64,000 nucleotides of DNA from Eledone cirrhosa (Eukaryota), in assembly GCA_964016885.1 (NCBI GenBank), contig OZ024743.1:209808001-209872000 (forward strand). The letters are read 5' to 3'. Below the pieces are notes generated by a model that was not told where the DNA came from, searched no databases, and was given only the letters and a program-made list of their open reading frames with translations. The translations under genes and the position numbers were made by a program. How positions within the stretch are numbered: position 1 is the first letter of the stretch; each line of letters begins with the position of its first letter. Below are positions 60,676 through 64,000 of this stretch, one piece after another.

Positions 60676-61169
60676 GCCACAGATGAAAGCTCTTCACTCC
60701 ATAAGATATACCACAGTTTACCATCCTATAGCCACAGATGAAAGCTCTTCACTCCATAAGATATACCACAGTTTACCATCCTATAGCCACAGATGAAAGC
60801 TCTTCACCCCATAAGATATACCACAGTTTACCATCCTATAGCCACAGATGAAAGCTCTTCACTCCATAAGATATACCACAGTTTACCATCCTATAGCCAC
60901 ACATGAAAGCTCTTCACCCCATAAGATATACCACAGTTTACCATCCTATTGCCACACATGAAAGTTATTCACTCGATAAGATATACCACAGTTTACCATC
61001 CTATCGCCACACATGAAAGCTCTTCACTCCATAAGATATACCACAGTTTACCATCCTATAGCAAGATGAAAGCTCTTCACTCCATAAGATATACGACAGT
61101 TTACCATCCTATAGCCACACATGAAAACTCTTCAATCCATAAGATATACCACAGTTTACCATCCTATAG

Positions 61170-63760
61170 CCACACATGAAAGTTCTTCACTCGATAAGAT
61201 ATACCACAGTTTACCATCCTATCGCCACACATGAAAGCTCTTCACTCCATAAGATATACCACAGTTTACCATCCTATAGCCACAGATGAAAGCTCTTCAC
61301 TCCATAAGATATACCACAGTTTACCATCCTATAGCCACAGATGAAAGCTCTTCACCCCATAAGATACACCACAGTTTACCATCCTATAGCCACACATGAA
61401 AGCTCTTCACTCCATAAGATATACCACAATTTACCATCCTATAGCCACACAGGAAAGCTCTTCACTCCATAAGATATACCACAGTTTACCATTCTATAGC
61501 CACAGATGAAAGCTCTTCACCCCATAAGATATACCACAGTTTACCATCCTATAGCCACACATGAAAGTTCTTCACTCGATAAGATATACCACAGTTTACC
61601 ATCCTATAGCCACACATGAAAGCTCTTCACTCCATAAGATATATCACAGTTTACCATCCTATAGCAAGATGAAAGCTCTTCACTCCATAAGATATACGAC
61701 AGTTTACCATCCTATAGCCACACATGAAAACTCTTCAATCCATAAGATATACCTCAGTTTACCATCTTATAGCCACAGATGAAAGCTCTTCACTCCATGA
61801 GATATACCACGGTTTACCATCCTATAGCCACACATGAAAGCTCTTCACTCCATAAGATATACCACAGTTTACCATCCTATGGCCACACATGAAAGCTCTT
61901 CACCCCATAAGATATACCACAGTTTACCATCCTATAGCCACACATGAAAGCTCTTCACTCCATAAGATATACCACAGTTTACCATCCTATAGCCAGATGA
62001 AAGCTCTTCACTCCATAAGATATACCACAGTTTACCATCCTATAGCCATACATGAAAGCTCTTCACTCCATAAGATATACCACAGTTTACATTCCTATAG
62101 CCACACATGAAAGTTCTTCACTCGATAAGATATACCACAGTTTACCATCCTATAGCCACACATGAAAGCTCTTCACTCCATAAGATATACCACAGTTTAC
62201 CATCCTATAGCCAGATGAAAGCTCTTCACTCCATAAGATATACGACAGTTTACCATCCTATAGCCACACATGAAAGCTCTTCAATCCATAAGATATACCC
62301 CAGTTTACCATCCTATAGCCAGATGAAAGCTCTTCACACCATAAGATATACCACAGTTTACCACCCTATAGCCACAGATGAAAGCTCTTCACTCCATGAG
62401 ATATACCACAGTTTACCATCCTATAGCCACGCCACGGATGAAAGCTCTTCACTCCATAAGATATACCACAGTTTACAATCCTATAGCCACAGATGAAAGC
62501 TCTTCACTCCATAAGGTATACCACAGTTTACCATCCTATGGCCACAGATGAAATCTCTTCACTCCATAAGATATACCACAGTTTACTATCCTATAGCCAC
62601 AGATGAAAGCTCTTCACTCGATAAGATATACCACAGTTTACCATCCTATAGCCACACATGAAAGCTCTTCACTCCATAAGATATACCACAGTTTACCATC
62701 CTATAGTCAAGCCACGGATGAAAGCTCTTCACTCCATAAGATATACCACAGTTTACGATCCTATAGTCACACATGAAAGCTCTTCACTCCATAAGATATA
62801 ACACAGTTTACCATCCTATAGCCAGATGAAAGCTCTTCACTCCATAAGATATACCACAATTTACCATCCTATAGCCACAGATGAAAGCTCTTCACTCCAT
62901 AAGATATACCACAGTTTACCATCCTATAGCCACACATGAAAGCTCTTCACCCCATAAGATATACCACAGTTTACCATCCTATTGCCACACATGAAAGTTT
63001 TTCACTCGATAAGATATACCACAGTTTATCATCCTATAGCCACACATGAGAGCTCTTCACTCCATAAGATATACGACAGTTTACCATCCTATAGTCAGAT
63101 GAAAGCTCTTCACTCCATAAGATATACGACAGTTTACCATCCTATAGCCACACATGAAAGTTCTTCACTCGATAAGATATACCACAGTTTACCATCCTAT
63201 CGCCACACATGAAAGCTCTTCACTCCATAAGATATACCACAGTTTACCATCCTATAGCCACAGATGAAAGCTCTTCACTCCATAAGATATACCACAGTTT
63301 ACCATCCTATAGCCACAGATGAAAGCTCTTCACCCCATAAGATACACCACAGTTTACCATCCTATAGCCACACATGAAAGCTCTTCACTCCATAAGATAT
63401 ACCACAGTTTACCATCCTATAGCCACACAGGAAAGCTCTTCACTCCATAAGATATACCACAGTCTACCATTCTATAGCCACAGATGAAAGCTCTTCACCC
63501 CATAAGATATACCACAGTTTACCATCCTATAGCCACACATGAAAGTTCTTCACTCGATAAGATATACCACAGTTTACCATCCTATAGCCACACATGAAAG
63601 CTCTTCACTCCATAAGATATATCACAGTTTACCATCCTATAGCAAGATGAAAGCTCTTCACTCCATAAGATATACGACAGTTTACCATCCTATAGCCACA
63701 CATGAAAACTCTTCAATCCATAAGATATACCTCAGTTTACCATCTTATAGCCACAGATTA
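61170..63760 (+). repeat. Dispersed duplicated block: about 61170-61780 recurs at about 63150-63760 (+1978)
   Basis: ORF pair 61561/63539 is +1978. The variants CTATCGCC, GATACACC, CACAGGAA and ATATCACAG..GCAAG occur in the same order. Confidence 0.85.
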
Positions 63761-64000
63761 AAGCTCTTCACTCCATAAGATATACGACAGTTTACCATCC
63801 TATAGCCACACATGAAAGTTCTTCACTCGATAAGATATACCACAGTTTACCATCCTATAGCCACACATGAAAGCTCTTCACTCCATAAGATATACCACAG
63901 TTTACCATCCTATAGCCAGATGAAAGCTCTTCACTCCATAAGATATACGACAGTTTACCATCCTATAGCCACACATGAAAGCTCTTCAATCCATAAGATA

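Larger units (their letters stand above)
1..64000 (+). repeat. Satellite DNA tandem array with a 55-bp consensus monomer and 53-bp and 60-bp length variants; about 1,170 copies in a single orientation, running off both window ends
   Basis: Every line matches ATGAAAGCTCTTCACTCCATAAGATATACCACAGTTTACCATCCTATAGCCACAS with only a few substitutions per unit. I saw no unique intervening sequence and no reverse-complement copies. Consensus (G form) composition is A19 C16 T14 G6. Confidence 0.99.

Noticed and set aside
257-63778. More than 100 His/Ser/Tyr-rich ORFs (MKALHSIRYTTVYHPIAT / ESSSLHKIYHSLPSYSQ) as a repeat-protein family
   Set aside because: Two + frames of the monomer are open and the third contains stops. 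A 55+53 pair is 108 bp (36 codons), so ORFs extend only while lengths happen to alternate, up to 168 aa. There are no unique termini or gene context, and frameshifting length variants spread freely.
805-63830. GAAAGTTC variant as a heat-shock element (nGAAnnTTCn)
   Set aside because: It has only two pentamer units, while a canonical HSE needs three, and it occurs in a minority of monomers.
1-64000. CRISPR array or repeat-spacer-like system
   Set aside because: There are no unique spacers because the entire unit repeats. No leader or cas genes are present.
1-64000. Dyad symmetry (TGAA-AGCTC-TTCA and CTATAG) as hairpins, cruciforms or terminators
   Set aside because: The stems are only 3-4 bp, which is expected by chance and too weak to call.
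1-64000. Nucleosome-phasing explanation (3x55 = 165 bp; 53 bp is about 5 helical turns)
   Set aside because: This is numerical coincidence only. I saw no trimer periodicity in the variants and no phased A-tracts. MNase data would be needed.
1-64000. Telomeric repeat, tRNA/rRNA-derived unit or transposon terminal repeat
   Set aside because: There is no canonical telomere motif, cloverleaf, rRNA similarity, TIR/LTR or target-site duplication that I can recognise.

Overview
The whole 64 kb window is one uninterrupted head-to-tail satellite DNA array, most likely eukaryotic heterochromatin, although the organism cannot be identified from this sequence. It holds roughly 1,170 monomers (64,000 / ~54.7). 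The 55-bp consensus is ATGAAAGCTCTTCACTCCATAAGATATACCACAGTTTACCATCCTATAGCCACA(G/C), about 40% GC, strongly C>G skewed on the + strand and free of CpG. There are three recurrent length classes, all differing at the same GCCACAS junction: 55 bp, 53 bp (GCCAG) and 60 bp (GCCACGCCACGG or GTCAAGCCACGG). I found no genes, RNA genes, CRISPR spacers, transposon insertions or inversions. Every listed ORF is a by-product of 53/55-bp alternation. The informative signal is the order of variant monomers. It shows nested recent tandem duplications of whole numbers of monomers (1, 5, 7, 9, 23, 28, 36 and 108), an old multi-monomer cassette reused across the array, and a roughly symmetric layering in which both window ends share variants that the middle lacks. 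I see no support for a novel protein- or RNA-based system. Coordinates were read by eye and are approximate to within about one monomer.
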